Assembly (NCBI RefSeq): GCF_037042905.1
Contig: NC_087245.1
Coordinates: forward strand, 7,876,001 to 7,940,000
Direction of reading: 5' to 3'
Length of the DNA stretch: 64,000 bases
Source: Lytechinus pictus
Taxonomy: Eukaryota
Shown: positions 37,406-51,487 of the stretch, piece after piece
How positions within the stretch are numbered: position 1 is the first letter of the stretch
Layout of the letters: each line of letters starts with the position of its first letter
Position numbers and translations under genes: made by a program
Notes under the pieces: generated by a model
What the model was told of the DNA's origin: nothing
The model's input: only the letters and a program-made list of their open reading frames with translations
Database searches by the model: none

Positions 37406-40400
37406 TTAAAGATAAACGAGTGGAACACTGACTAAAAACATAATTGTTAATATGCCATTTATGTGATAAATGCTGTATTTTGAAATTTAAAATGGCCGCC
37501 ATAGCCCCTATATTTATTATGTACAATGCGAATGGAGAAACTAATTTTCACACGAGTAAGAAACATAAAATGCATGTAATTGTGATCTACGAGTAAAATA
37601 TTGTCTGACAACATGTTTTATAGCAAGACATACCATTTCTTTTGTCATGCATGAGATAAATGCTGTATTATGAAATTCAAAATGGCCCCTATAGGCCCTA
37701 ACAGTATTATCCACAATGTGGATGGGAACATATAATTATGTAAGAATTTGGATTTGCTTGACTAGGACATCCATAATCCTGTTGTATGAGTAAAACGTTA
37801 TTTGAAAACACATTTTAAAAAATAAATTATAGCATTTCTTCTGCCATATAGGGGATAAATACTGTATTTTGACATTCAAAATAACCTCTACAAGCCCTAA
37901 CTAAATTATGTAACATACGAACAGGGAAACTAATTTTCACAAGAGTGAGAATCATAAAATGCATATAACTGTGATGTACGAGTAAAAATATTGTCTTAAA
38001 CATTATTTCTAACTAAATACATCACATATTGGTCGTGGAGGTAATAAATGCTGTATACTTTGAAATCCAAAATGGCTGCCATAGGTCCTTAAAGTATTGT
38101 GTACATCGTAACATGGGACATACAATTTTGACAGAATTTGGCTTTGCTTGATTCTAAATATTTCATATAATTGTGATGTAAGGGTTAAAGCCATGGTTTC
38201 TAACGAGATATATCATAATATTGTGTAATTAAGATGATAAATGCTGCATTTTTAAATTGAAAATGGCCACCATAGGCACTTATCGTATAATATACAATTT
38301 GAGTGGAGACAAATAATGTTCACAAAAAGGGCATATGGCAGCCATTTTGAATGTTGAAATACAGTATTTATCACCTAAATTACATAAGATATGATATATT
38401 TTGTTATAAATCATGTTTTCAGACAATATTTCACTCATACATCACCATTTGGCCAAGCAAAGCCAAATTCGGTTGAAATAATTTGTTCCCATTCAAATTG
38501 TGCGTAATACCGTAAGGGCCTGTAGCGGCCATTTTGACTTTAAAATAACAGTATGTATCACCTAACTGGCAGAATAAATGATATATCTTAATAGAAATTA
38601 TGCTTTCAGACAATATTTTACTCATAGATCACTATTACATGCATTTATGGTGCTCACTCCTGTGAATATTGGTTTCCCACTTTGCAATGTACATAATACA
38701 GTTAATGTCTATGGCGGCCATTTTGAAAGTCAAAATACAGTATTTAACACAAACTTGAAACCTAAATGATATATTTCGTTAGAAAATACGTATTTAGACA
38801 GTATCCAATTAATCTATCACATATATATGCATTTTAGTGCTCACTCTTGTGATTTCTTTTCTCCTCTTTCTCATTGTGCATAATACTTTTAGGGCCTTTG
38901 GCAGCCATTTTGAATATCAAAATACAACATTCATCACAAACATGGCATAATAATAATATATTTCGTTAACAACTATGTTTTTAGTCAGTATTCCACTCGT
39001 TTAATCTTCATAATAAGCATTTTAGTGATCACTCTTGTGTGAATTTTTTGGCCCCCATTGCCATTGTACGCAATACTGTTTGGGCCAGTGGCGGCTATTT
39101 TAGATATCAAAATACAGCAATGTTCCCATATATGACATAATAAATGATATATCTCATTAGTAATGATGAATTGCATGTATTACTTCGTTCATACATCGCG
39201 ATTTTTTTGCAGTTTAGTGCTCATTTTTGTGAAAATTAGTTTTCCCTATTCATATTGTACATAATAGAGTATACAAGGGCCCATGGCGGCCATTTTGAAT
39301 ATCAGCAAAATAAATATTTTGTCAAAAATTATTTTTACTGAGAGTATTTCACTCCTGCCACACTATTTCATGCATTTCATAGCCAATGTGCGGACAATTT
39401 TATAATTTTCATGGGTAATTTGCATATTTTGGCGGCCATATTGGATTTTGCCAATTTGCGGAAAATGCTCAAGGTTACACGAGTGGCATCATTCAGATTC
39501 GTAATCAGCACCCTCGAATTGACAAGAAACCATCAAAAAATATTGTATATATAAAAAAACAAGGTTATGCCTCTTCTATCCTGGACTATGAGACTATAGG
39601 CGCCGCTTTTCCGACGGCGGCGGCGGCGTCAACACCAAATCTTAACCTGAGGTTAAGTTTTTGAAATGACAGCATAACTTAGAAAGTATATGGACCTAGT
39701 TCATGAAACTTGGCCATAAGGTTAATCAAGTATTACTGAACATCCTGCCTGAGTTTCATGTCACATGACCAAGGTCAAAGGTCATTTAGGGTCAATGAAC
39801 TTAGACCATGTTGGGGGAATCAACATCAAAATCTTAACCTAAGGTTAAGTTTTTGAAATGTCATCATAACTTAGAAAATATATGGACCTAGTTCATGAAA
39901 CTTATACATAAGGTTAATCAAGTATCACTGAACATCCTGCATGAGTTTCACGTCACATGACCAAGGTCAAAGGTCATTTAGGGTCAATGAACTTTGGCCG
40001 AATTGGGGGTATCTGTTGAATTACCATCATAACTTTGAAAGTTTATGGATCTGATTCATGAAACTTGGACATAATAGTAATCAAGTATTACTGAACATCC
40101 TGTGCAAGTTTCAGGTCACATGATCAAGGTCAAAGGTCATTTAGGGTCAATGAACTTTGGCCAAATTGGGGTATTTGTTGAATTACAGCCATAAATTTGA
40201 AAGTGTGTTGGTCTAGTTCATAAAACTTGGACATAATAGTAATCAAGTATCACTGAACATCCTGTGCGAGTTTCAGGTCACATGATCAAGGTCAAAGGTC
40301 ATGTAAGGTCAAAGAACTTTGGCCACGTTGGGGGTATTTGTTGAATTGCCATCATATCTCTATAAGTGTATTGGTCTAGTTCATAAAACGTGGAAATAAG

Positions 40401-43400
40401 AGTAACCAAGTTTTCAAAATCAGCACTGCTGCTATATTGAATCGCGTGATGCAGGTGAGACGGCCAGAGGCATTCCACTTGTTTTTAATATCATTGCATT
40501 GATAATATAATTCTGAGCAATTTGATACCTTGGTCAACCTACGACCATTAATAACGAAATTAACACCCGTTTAAGTTTGCAGCACGTGTGCGCGCGAGCT
40601 CTCACTATAGGCCATATATGGGCAAAAACATGCCTATAGAAAATCCGCTGTAGCTCTTCAGAACGAATGGGGACCCCCCATTTTTTTTTCATATTTTGAT
40701 AGAGTATGAATTAGAGATATAATTTCATGTCTCATTTGACCCTCAATTATATTAAGACGTCATCAAAATGGCGTCAGAAGTCAAAATATCCATTTTGCTT
40801 GTTATGACGTTATAATAATTATGCAAATTTGGCTCTAACTCCGTGAATATTGGTCAATTTTTGCCCAATTTTGGATTAGTATGGTGTAGCTTAGGTCTTA
40901 CTCTTTCTGAGTTATTGCCTTTATTTTTCATTTTAATGACCGGATCATCCTGAAAAATTGCAAATAATAAAGGCATGTCATTTTGCGTGTAATCTCTATG
41001 GGACATGACTTTTTCTCAAAAATAGATTCTACATTCCTCTATTTCGTGAGCCATATCTCCACTTTTTCATGTCAGATTTCTCCGAGCTTTTAGTATGTTG
41101 TAGCTGAGATTCTAAGCTTTCACAAATGTTCTCTCCATTTTTTGATCAGATGCCGGGATCATGCCCGTTTTTCGCTTGCAAAATTGGATTTGTAATTCTC
41201 AAATTTGCTTACGTGTAATCTCTATGGGAACGTGTAATCTCTATGGGGAATATCGTGGATGAATGGATAACGCACTTGACTTGCGTCTTTGGGGTCCCTG
41301 GTTCGAGTCTTGGGGTGAACACGATGATTTTTTTTCTTTTTTTTTTCTTTTTACCACCTCGTACATGATCCTTTATGACAATTAAAACGTATAAAAGTTA
41401 AAATATGGCAAGATAAAACAAATTATAATTACTTTTTTTTCATATCACATGTATTGTCATACATCAAAGAGACCTTTTTCACAGTGCTTTATCTAGCATC
41501 TTTCACAAGTATTCTATCCATAGTGAACATTCAGTTGTCATGATATTGATCTGCATGAACATGGTGATAGTGATCATGATGGCGAGAATAAGGACAGACC
41601 ACCTAATTCGTCTGTATGACAAATTAAAATCTAGTTATATTTCTTTTGATATCATAAATTCAAGTCAGATTTTCACTTTCACATACACTTTCATGTCATA
41701 GCTTCTACTATATGTATGTTCTTGTTTATCCTTTTCATTTTCCTATTTTGTGTCCAGTTTTGTCTTTCTTTGCATTTTTTTAAAGGTGTACAGCAATATG
41801 TCAGATTGAATTTTGTATATTTAGACAATATGGTTTTTTTTTTCAGTTCATCAAAACAAATGTCCATAATTGTATTAAATATTTATAATTTCACTTATTT
41901 TAAACGTAATAAATTGTGTAATATCAGAGCGGTGTTCAGTTTAGTAGAAAAAAAACACCCAAAAAATACAGCAAGCTACTTAAACAGCCTACCATGTATT
42001 ATTTTTTACTGCACAAATTTATAGTTACATGTTTATGTGAAGACTAATCTTCTGTTGAGAATGCCTCTCCTGAGTTTTGGTTTATCCCCAATTCTAGTTT
42101 AATACAACATTATATGACTTTGTATGTTCTGAACCTCTATGGTAATAAGGTGTTTTAGTGGATGTCATCAGTGATTCTACAAACAAAATTTGGTCAAGAA
42201 TGATCTGAATGAGAAGAACTTTTTGTTTTATTACTATTTTCAAGCATGGAATGGGCTGAAAATGAATATCTTTGTTCGTACCTTTATTAATATTATGCAA
42301 TAATAAATTTTGTAAAATGATGTTCGAAACCTCAAAAAAGGAAAATATAATCACATGTTGATTCCCTCCCAAGGGCGCTAAATATCCTGAAAAGTCAAAT
42401 TTGAATTATCACAAAGAATCAAATAGATGTTTTTTTAATTAATGTTCGCTACACTTGTGTAAGATTTATTTTAAATTGATGTTCAATACACTTATGCAAG
42501 ATAGGAATATTTGATGATACTTCAATATTGTTCCCATTATTAAAAACCTTCACAAAACATTTAGAGTTTCTGTAAAGGAGAATTCTTTCCTTCCATCTAT
42601 ATTTTCATACATTTTTTCATACCTTCCATTCATGTTATGTTTGCATTTGTAACTCCTGTTTATCCAGCTTCCCAATGATCTTGTTTATGATGAAATATTA
42701 CTATTCTAATATTATCTAGCATACATGTATTATGTACACAATGTTTGTACTCATTATATTGTGATAAATGTATGCCCAATTTATTGATTGACCACATGTT
42801 CATTGTGTTTACCATTAAATACCTCATATGTGGAATTTCATTTTATGTAATATTCCCCCCCCCCTCAAAAAAAAAAAATATATGTTGATTTTCATTTTGT
42901 AATGTTTTGCTAGTATATTATGAATTTGAAAGGCTAGATTTATCAGAACCTTAATTGTGATTATATGGTGTGTGTTTATGCAATCAACGATAACCAAAGA
43001 TTAACCAAAGTTAATCTTTTCCATCAATGCTAGAATTACAGGATTAGTAATTCCGTTTGATAACCCTCTTCATTCAAATGATAATCTGCATTCTATTGTT
43101 ACACTTTATGCCATTATTTACCGAGTTTTACATCTGTAAGTTATTGTACCAACACATTTCAAGAGAGAATACATTGACCACATGCATAGTTGACATGAAA
43201 TGGTGATATGTATTATAATCCAATAATTTGCCAAAAAATTTCAGGTGACCAGATATATTTTTAGCCAACATGAGAAATTTTCAATCACTACTACAGATGA
43301 CTAGTTTTATTGACTGGTTATGATTTTGAGATAAAGTTTATCAACTAAAATGATACACATTACTATTTTATAGACCATATAATAAACATTTTGCTCAGTC

Positions 43401-44283
43401 ATTAAAATAATTACCCACATTTGTTACCTTTGAGACAGTATAAATTCTCTCAGGAATTGGGCACGTTATAATTGTTCCAAACGTACCTTGTGCATGTAAT
43501 TCCTATTTGTTTTCTTAGTAGAGTAAAAATATTATGTGAATGGGGTTGAGAATTGTCATTTCTTGAATATTGTGTTGTATATCATGTGCCAAAAGTTGAA
43601 TTGAAATATGTAAAAGTGTATAGTTCAAGCTTCATCCTGTATTGCATTATATGTCAAATGTATGCATGGTCCTGCATAAGTGGAACTCGGTAAATTTCAG
43701 TTTCTTTTTATATTTGAACATGGATTTCTGCAATGACCAAGTTTTATGGATTTGGGAATAGAGTATTGCATCATTCAGCTTTGAATATATACAAAAAAAT
43801 GCAGTCTTTTTAGAAAATAATCATCATTGTGAAATGTTAGGTATTAAAAAGTGCTGTATTATTCTGAATGAGTTAATACTGGATAGTTTAAATGGTTCCT
43901 TACACACACTGTACTTTGTGAGTGCTTTATTGCGATCGGTATAGGGCGATATATTGCATGTAATGCTTGTATATATATGTGACATCAGCAGTCAGAAAAC
44001 AATAGGAAAAAGCATTTGCAGTGTATAGCTTTCACACTGTTATTTTTTTGTCAAATGGTCATCAAAGTGACAACAGCACAAGTAATTTTTCTTAGAGACT
44101 GAATGTGACTTGCATGGGTTGATGTCTGCAAACTGATACAAGTTTATCCTGCCACTAAAATTGTTGATTTTCAACCTGAATAAACCAAGCACCAAAGAAA
44201 AGTACATTTTTGATCATTTGTCTAATAATTTCATAATGGAGTACTTTTATGATCTATCCAATCAGCTTGAGACTGTCATTCTG

Positions 44284-44432
44284 GGGAGCATTTCATCAAC
44301 ATTTATCATCTGACAAGTCAAATGTGACACTGTCTACAATTTACCTAGACTCTTTCTTATTGACTGAGAAGCACTGTTACTATGGCAACTGTCAGATAAA
44401 ATGTTCGACAAGTCCTTTCATAAAACGCTCCC
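44284..44432. mobile_element. Short CWG-flanked MITE
   Basis: CTG|GGGAGCATTTCAT...ATAAAACGCTCCC|CAG. Confidence 0.55.
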
Positions 44433-45907
44433 CAGATGTGACAGACACCTGTCTGCTTGTTTCATTGTCGTCTTTAACCCATCCTACCTCAAGGACCTGT
44501 TGAATAACAACTACCAAATTTTGCGATTGAATCCAAGGTCTCCATGTGGTTACGGTAATGACAAATATATGTAACAGAACCCTTGACCAATATTCTGAGA
44601 ATTCTCTACTTGTATCATTCATACAATTTTAAATTTCAGCATTCAGAATCAGACTGGTGTATACCCTCCTTTGACTTGCTGGTCCATGGTGCAATCTACA
44701 CACTTCAAACATATCATGCCCATGAAATTTGTCAATACTGTATGTGAAGGTGAAAGTAAGACTTTTTCAAAATATCTGCCTCGGGTCCTCTTACATATCA
44801 AAGTTGGGTAAAAATGAACCTCATAATAATATGCAATTCCAATATGCATTTTCAACAGGTCATGGTATGCAATGCCTTTAAGTTTGAAATAATACTGTGA
44901 AAAAAATCAAAATGATGAAATAACCATCTCTCTCTCTCTCTCCTGCCTTGTCCCTTACTATATTTCAATTATTCCAAACCATAAATTTTTGTCATGACTA
45001 AACATCAATCGCTTCTACATTATCTTCATAATGCAAACCTTCAAAGATCATGAATGTTTCATATTAAAACATTTATTCACAAATATTTACATCTTTGTCT
45101 GTCAACATGGTCATGATTAAACAGAGAACAAATAAATTTCAGAATAAATACCTCTGCAGTATATTCATTTAGGGAGAGGAGGATGGGGATTATGTACCTG
45201 AATTTATTTTTCTAAAAATAAGAGATTACATAGAGAATGCAAAAAATAAACGTCCTCTCATTGAGGCCAAGTCCAAGGTTAGTATTTCATAAAGCTGTTA
45301 CAAGTTACACTCACAAGGGTGACCCTTTCTTGGCTACTAAATCAGAATCTCTTGTTATGATTCATCAGCTCCAGTAGAAACTTGAAATACAATTTTTGTA
45401 GAAGCATCTTTATGTAAATGAATTACTGATTTCAAAATTTAGTAGGGTTTTAGGGAATGCACTCCAATTATGGAGAAACAAAATTGGGGGGTTAAGCATA
45501 TTATCTTTAAGTCACAAATCATAGCACAAGAAACGGTAACCACTCAGAGTCAAGTTGTGTGTAACTTATGCATAAATAATTGGCTTCTGACATGTCCCTA
45601 AGGTCTATTAATTTTAATCCCCATTCTTACTTCCAAAATCATTTCTTTATAAGTGGTTGATAAGAACTGGTAGTTACTATAACTATATACATTCCATAAA
45701 TGAATGATTCGGAAATAGCATAAAAGAGCAGCATCTCTGTACAGATAAAGCACTGTGTATGCACCCCACAACAACACTTGAATTTTGCCCTTCAAAAAAA
45801 AAATGTGATAGCCCCATGACGTGACAGTAGACTCTGAACTCATCTGCATTCTTTAAAAAGTTTAATAGTACTTGAACCCTCTCAAATTGTCATGGGATGA
45901 AGTTTAA

Positions 45908-46626
45908 CCCTATCCAGGCCGAGGTATTTTGGGACATCATATGGCAGGGGGGGGGGGGGGGCAGTGCCTCCCCTTGAGATCTCTGCCATCGATCACACCG
46001 AAAATTCACACGCAGGTTGTCTGGGACATAATCTACAAAATCGTATAGTAATTTATTTCATGAAAATTGCTATTTAGTGATTATGCTTATTTATGCGTAA
46101 TTAGTATGCAAAATCATACTTCTTCCTTGAACTCCCTGAATAAAGCTCCAAATTATCTATTTTTGGTACAGAAACTCATAGTGGTGTTCTTAGCAAATGT
46201 ACGTGAAAAAGATTGCAATGTCAGATCAATTTCTTATGTATTATATTGTTTTTTGTAATTTCTCATGTATTTCTTTGTTTTTTGACCCCTTGTTTTTCAT
46301 TGTTTATAATGAACTTTGTCGGTGGCTCTATTGAGATAATAAACAGCATAAAATAAATTCAATTAGGCCAGCAAAACTAAAGATAATCACACAATTCTGA
46401 TTTTTGGTTGAAAACACAATTTACATTTGACTTTGTACACAAAATCATGTTTTTGAGCAATTTTCGGTCTGGCATACAGTAACACAGTTTACAAAATGTT
46501 GTGTAATTACGGAACCGAGTACTCGGGTGGTCGCAAAATTGATCTCAAAAGATGCGCATGACTTGAAAATAAAAAGTCAGGGAGCAGCACGGTAAAAAGA
46601 TTTTGCATTGCAAAAATCGTTGAGGG
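45908..46626. mobile_element. piggyBac-like MITE
   Basis: TTAA|CCCT...AGGG|TTAA. Confidence 0.65.
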
Positions 46627-47865
46627 TTAACAAATCATTTGGCTATGAAGGCATCACATAAAAACAAAGTGACTTTAAAGTGTATAGATAACATGCAGAT
46701 TAAAACAATAGTTATCATTGGGTAATTTACATTTGGGCCTTTAAAATTATGACTGGAATTTACATACAGCCTACTTCATATTGTGAAATTGAGTTCAACT
46801 AGATTTTTATTTTAAAAAAATCAATAGGACTGGGTATGGAATTTCAAATTGTAATCTGCCTCTCTCTCTTGAGTTCCAGAATGGTCATCCAAATACAAAT
46901 ATAGGAATGGCTACAATACAAATATTTCTATTCATACAGCAATTAAGGGACTTACATTTGAAAGAATTAACCATGTAAATATAACAAAGCATCTTATCCA
47001 AATTCGTTTAAAATCTAGTCACAGTTGACCACAGTTTGAGGCGTCTCAAGGTGCCTGAGATGATCAAAGTGACTTTCAGCATGTACTTAACTGTACATAC
47101 CCCCACATATTAGTTCATTCTTTAGCCAAAATGAATTTTATTTAGATGATTAGACACAAATTAGATGAGTAAATCCACATGTTGATTTCTAGACTACTTT
47201 CAGGTACAACCTATAATATTTGTGGAAATGTTTGCAATAGTGGACTCATTCATGGCCATGAGTCATTCTTAGAAAAACCTACCAATTCATGGTCTCAACC
47301 ATTTTTTCTTAAATTTTCTGTAGGTTTACATCCTTACATGGTTTCTGTGACAAAGGACAATAACATAGATGGATAGTCTTCATCACAATGCTTTGACTGG
47401 AAAATAAAGACCAGTTTGTTAACATCCATCACAATCTTTTAACTGATTGTATGTTTGCATGTTCTCTTGATGATATGTCATTGATTTATGGGGATGCGGG
47501 CGGAAAGAGGGTCAAGATATAAATTTCATGAATGTAATACTGTGTTCAATATCCCCAAAGTACACATGCTGACCATAAGATGTATGCATTTCCAGCCTGC
47601 ATTAGCATTAATGTGCACCATTTTCACTTCCAAAGTCATTGTCTTCTCTTCGTACAACATACGGCTCATCTTCAACAATCCAACTAGCACTATAAGACAC
47701 ATCCAATTCACAAAGACACATCCAATTCACAAAGCCTCTCCATGATTTCTATTTGGTCCATCTGATAAGAGTCTTTGATAAATGCCACCGGTTGTCGCCT
47801 GTTCGTAGTGCACATATATTTAATTGTTAGATGGCAAGTTATTGAATGAGTTTAGTTGAGGGGTG

Positions 47866-47955
47866 TTATTTGATCTCTGGTGTACTGAGTCCATATTTTG
47901 CTTTCATCTTGTCTAGTTCTGCTTGCTTCTTTGCTTCATCCATTTTCTTGAAGGC
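47866..47955 (-). CDS. SF3B6: SF3B6 exon 4 (AFKKMDEAKKQAELDKMKAKYGLSTPEIK*)
   Basis: cacag| acceptor, TAA stop. Confidence 0.95.
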   Translation of the reverse strand, partial: AFKKMDEAKKQAELDKMKAKYGLSTPEIK

Positions 47956-48718
47956 CTGTGAAAGGAGAGGTTTAAAGAAAAATACAATACAAGGCAATAA
48001 GACCCATCATTCGCATGTGCATCAAACACACTGCAATAAACACAGAAGTATTCACAGTACTAGAACAAAAGGAAAATAAGCTGGATATATTGTTCCTTTT
48101 CCAAGTGCCTCATAATAAAATGTTAATGAATTCAGAAGATTCAATGAAGATAGTGATCCAAACTTAAAGGGCAATATGTAATCCTAAAAAGGCTGGAGGA
48201 CTGATACATCTAGTCTTTGATATTTTCATAACCATGAAGCACACTTTATCCAAACAAAAAAATGTAGACACTTCATGACTTTTTCTTTAGAGTTTTCTTT
48301 CAAAACTATTGTAAATGAAAAAAAAATGAGATAGAGAAATGTATAGGACATCCGAAATAAAGAAACACACATATTTAGATCTTAAACAAGAACTACATGC
48401 ATAATCAATTAAATTTCAAATAATCAATACTATGAATAATGATTAAGACCTGTCACCTTTTAGCTTGTAACCTTTGATGTTATAAATCCAAAATCTGATC
48501 AGATCATTGGCACTCCCATAATCCAATTTATTTATGCATGTTGAAAAAATGTTCTTAATTTATCCCAAGAACAAGATATACAAGACTTCTTTCAGGCTCT
48601 GTGACATTTGACCTCATGACCCAAAAAGCTGATCAGATAATTTTCAGTCCCATATGCATAAACAAGCCAAGTTAGTAGTTGAACCCTCAAACCATTCTTA
48701 ACTTATTAAGAAAAGAAA

Positions 48719-49411
48719 CTAGCACATCACTGATGTGGCACTCATCCAGCATCTTGCAATGAAATATAACACAATTTCTAATTCAGCTCAGTTGACACTG
48801 TAGTGAATTATATTGGTGACATAAATTGAGGAAACAGAATTGAAATTGATGAAGAAATGACAGAGAAGAAGCAATTTTGTGATTTATGAATAAATTTTGT
48901 ATACATTAGCATAAATAATTTTCTAGTCAGAATTTTCAATAACCTTGGTGAACCTCATGTAGCTCTCGGATGGAACAAAAAGAAAATCAAAATCGGTCAA
49001 CAAATAAATAAGAAGCATTTTTGGTGAGTTTTAAAAATATGCACATATTAGCATATTTAATGAGTTTCAAAATTCTGTGTAGAAGCTTTGTATCGCCACC
49101 TAGAGCTATCATGTAAAGCAAACAAAATTGAACAACAAATGAAAAAGATTTATAAAGCATTTATTGTGATTAATCAAAATTTTGAAAAATATGCATAATA
49201 TAAATTTCACATATAAGTTAGGATAAAAAAATGTCTAGTCAAAATTCTGTGTGGAAGTTTGGTGACCCTCATGTAGCTCTTCCTCTACCAGATGGATGAA
49301 GAAAAATCAAATCGGTCAACTAATAAAGAAGAAGAGGCATTTTCTGTGATTCGGATGACGAATGCCACGCCATGGCATAGGCTCATCTGGCCCTCTGGGC
49401 CGGATGAGCTA
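48719..49411 (-). mobile_element. Helentron/HINE-like element (third family)
   Basis: On the minus strand: starts TTTT-AGCTCATCCGGCCCAGAGGGCCAGATGAGC (stem-loop); ends GGATGAG + hairpin CACATCAGTGATGTG + CTAG-TT. Confidence 0.65.
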
Positions 49412-49764
49412 AAAAAAATAATGCAATGTATATGACCTCTATGTCCTTTAACCTAATTACCACCCAAACTTGAAAGATCATTGTCACTCCAAAATGCATA
49501 CATAGACCTAGTTAAGTTGATCCATCAAATGGTTCTGTAGTTATCACATGAATGAAAACGGGATGGAAAACCTGAAAAAAAAATACTCAGGCAACTACAT
49601 ATACCTACGAAGGCTGAAGGCAAAATTCTATTTACACTTTTCATTTATATATAATCTCAAGATAACATGCATCATATTCATATTTTATTCAACGTGTATG
49701 CTGAATTATATATTAAAAAGAAAAAAACCCTACATACTCCACCATAGATCTAGTTAAAACTTAC

Positions 49765-49903
49765 CCTATTTGACTGGTAGTAGAGAACAACCAAATACCT
49801 GCCACACACATTGAAACCTGAGAGATGATCACAGGCATTCTTGGCATCAAAGATGTCTTCATATACCACATATGCTGTGCCCTTTGTGTCTGGATTAACA
49901 CCT
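49765..49903 (-). CDS. SF3B6: SF3B6 exon 3 ([46 protein letters not shown])
   Basis: ccag| and |gtaag, 139 nt. Confidence 0.97.
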
Positions 49904-50896
49904 CTGGTTTAAAAAAACAAACAAATATAATGAGGCTTGTCATGATAAATAACATAACAAAGAACTTTGTAACTTTGGGTAAAAGACTGATAAAACCAAA
50001 TGATCAGACAAACCTTAGAATCAACCGGAAGTATATATCCTTTGTTAAAGTGCACTGACCCATGACCTTTGACCTCAGGTTAATTTGCATATCACAAGGT
50101 AGTTCATGTCTATCAGGAATTAAGCATGTACATAACATCCAAGTTGAAATGTCAGTACTTTGTCATATTTCATCATTCCAGGAGCTCATACACAACATGC
50201 ACACCAGTATGCAAATGAACAAACCTTCCTCATTTGCATATCATTTGCATATTTCACATCTGAGTGAACTATACTGCCCTTTTGAATATCTAAAAGACAT
50301 ATATGGATGATGGTGATACTTGAAGATAATGTCAAATGAATACCATGGCCCCTTTGTGAGTTGTGCATTAAAACAACATGTATGCAAATTACCACAGGTG
50401 ATTCATTTACATATCATTTGCATATATCCCACTTTTAATACATTTTTTGTTCTAACTTTTGAAGGAAGCATGCTTTCAATTCAGAAATTTCACCACTTTA
50501 TTTAGAAAAATGTATTTTACAACTTGCACCAGAATATTGCCAGTTATATGGCAAAAGAACAAATATTTTGAGAAGCATTAGTAAATACTAACCGCACCCA
50601 AAATATCTTATCCTATACACACTATATAAGGGTGACAAAACTATTCACTTGATGTGTTGTATGAAAGGAGAGAAGGTTAGCACTCCCCTTGATAAGGACG
50701 GAATTCACCTTCGGGTGACAACACATAAATGGTTAAGGCATTGCCACTTACTTTGTGGCATCTAACCACGTTTTTGTCACTGCCACTTAATACTTTGTGG
50801 CATCCAACCACGTTATTCCAAAAGAGAAATTATATCTGCAAAGACTTTTCTGGGCTGGGCAAAACATGTATTATGCATACATTTCTCATCATCCTG

Positions 50897-51032
50897 GTGC
50901 CCGTTGCAGAAAGAGTTGCAATCAATCGCAAAACACACGCAACTTGATTTTCAACCAATCAACAGCGTGCATTTAGGACATGCGATTGATTTTTTGGCTT
51001 GCGTTTAAACATCTCTTTCTGCAACGGGCCCC
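50897..51032. mobile_element. Short CWG-flanked MITE
   Basis: GCCCGTTGCAGAAAGAG ... CTCTTTCTGCAACGGGC inverted termini. Confidence 0.7.
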
Positions 51033-51487
51033 CAGATGATACAAAAAAGTTTGCTTATCAGGGCTTGATTCCAAAGCAACATGTATTAGGGTGTTTTTGT
51101 CCTATTTTATTTCACCCCATTAATGGTGTTATAAAAAATGTGCCCTTTTGAAAAGTGACCTTGCCCTAAAAATATGTGCCCTTTTGAAAAGTGACCTTGC
51201 CCTAAAAATATTCAAATCTAATACCTAAAGTAGTGCTAGAATCTAGTAGACAAGACAAAATGGGTACAGCCCCACATTAAATGGTTTTTGGGCTGGATGT
51301 CAATCAGACCAAGTGGTTAAAGTACATTGTAGATGAAATGGCTAAATGCGCAATGCTGCCCAAGGTCATGTGCGCTGGTGGGATTTTACTTTTTGCTTTC
51401 AAAATTTTTGCTCACTTTTGATAGATTACTGCAGGGAAAAACTCTTGTTGTTTCATATTTTCGCTAGATTCCGAGGCATTGTACAAC

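Larger units (their letters stand above)
35644..39588. mobile_element. Large foldback element, Academ-like
   Basis: Termini TAGTCCAGGATAG...CTATCCTGGACTA; 3-bp TSD TGA; kb-scale inverted arms made of about 190-bp subunits. Confidence 0.8.
35621..40481 (+). mobile_element. HINE family B copy interrupted after 23 bp
   Basis: GTCTCACCTGCATAGCAGAGTGA | resumes GACTATAGGCGCC at 39592; ends GCAGGTGAGACGGCCAGAGGCATTCCACTTG. Confidence 0.85.
35141..41635 (+). mobile_element. Outer Helentron/HINE-like element (family A), host of the nested stack
   Basis: Perfect 14-bp subTIR TTAGGTGGTCTGTC / GACAGACCACCTAA (41593-41606), then a short hairpin and CTAGT end. Confidence 0.7.
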
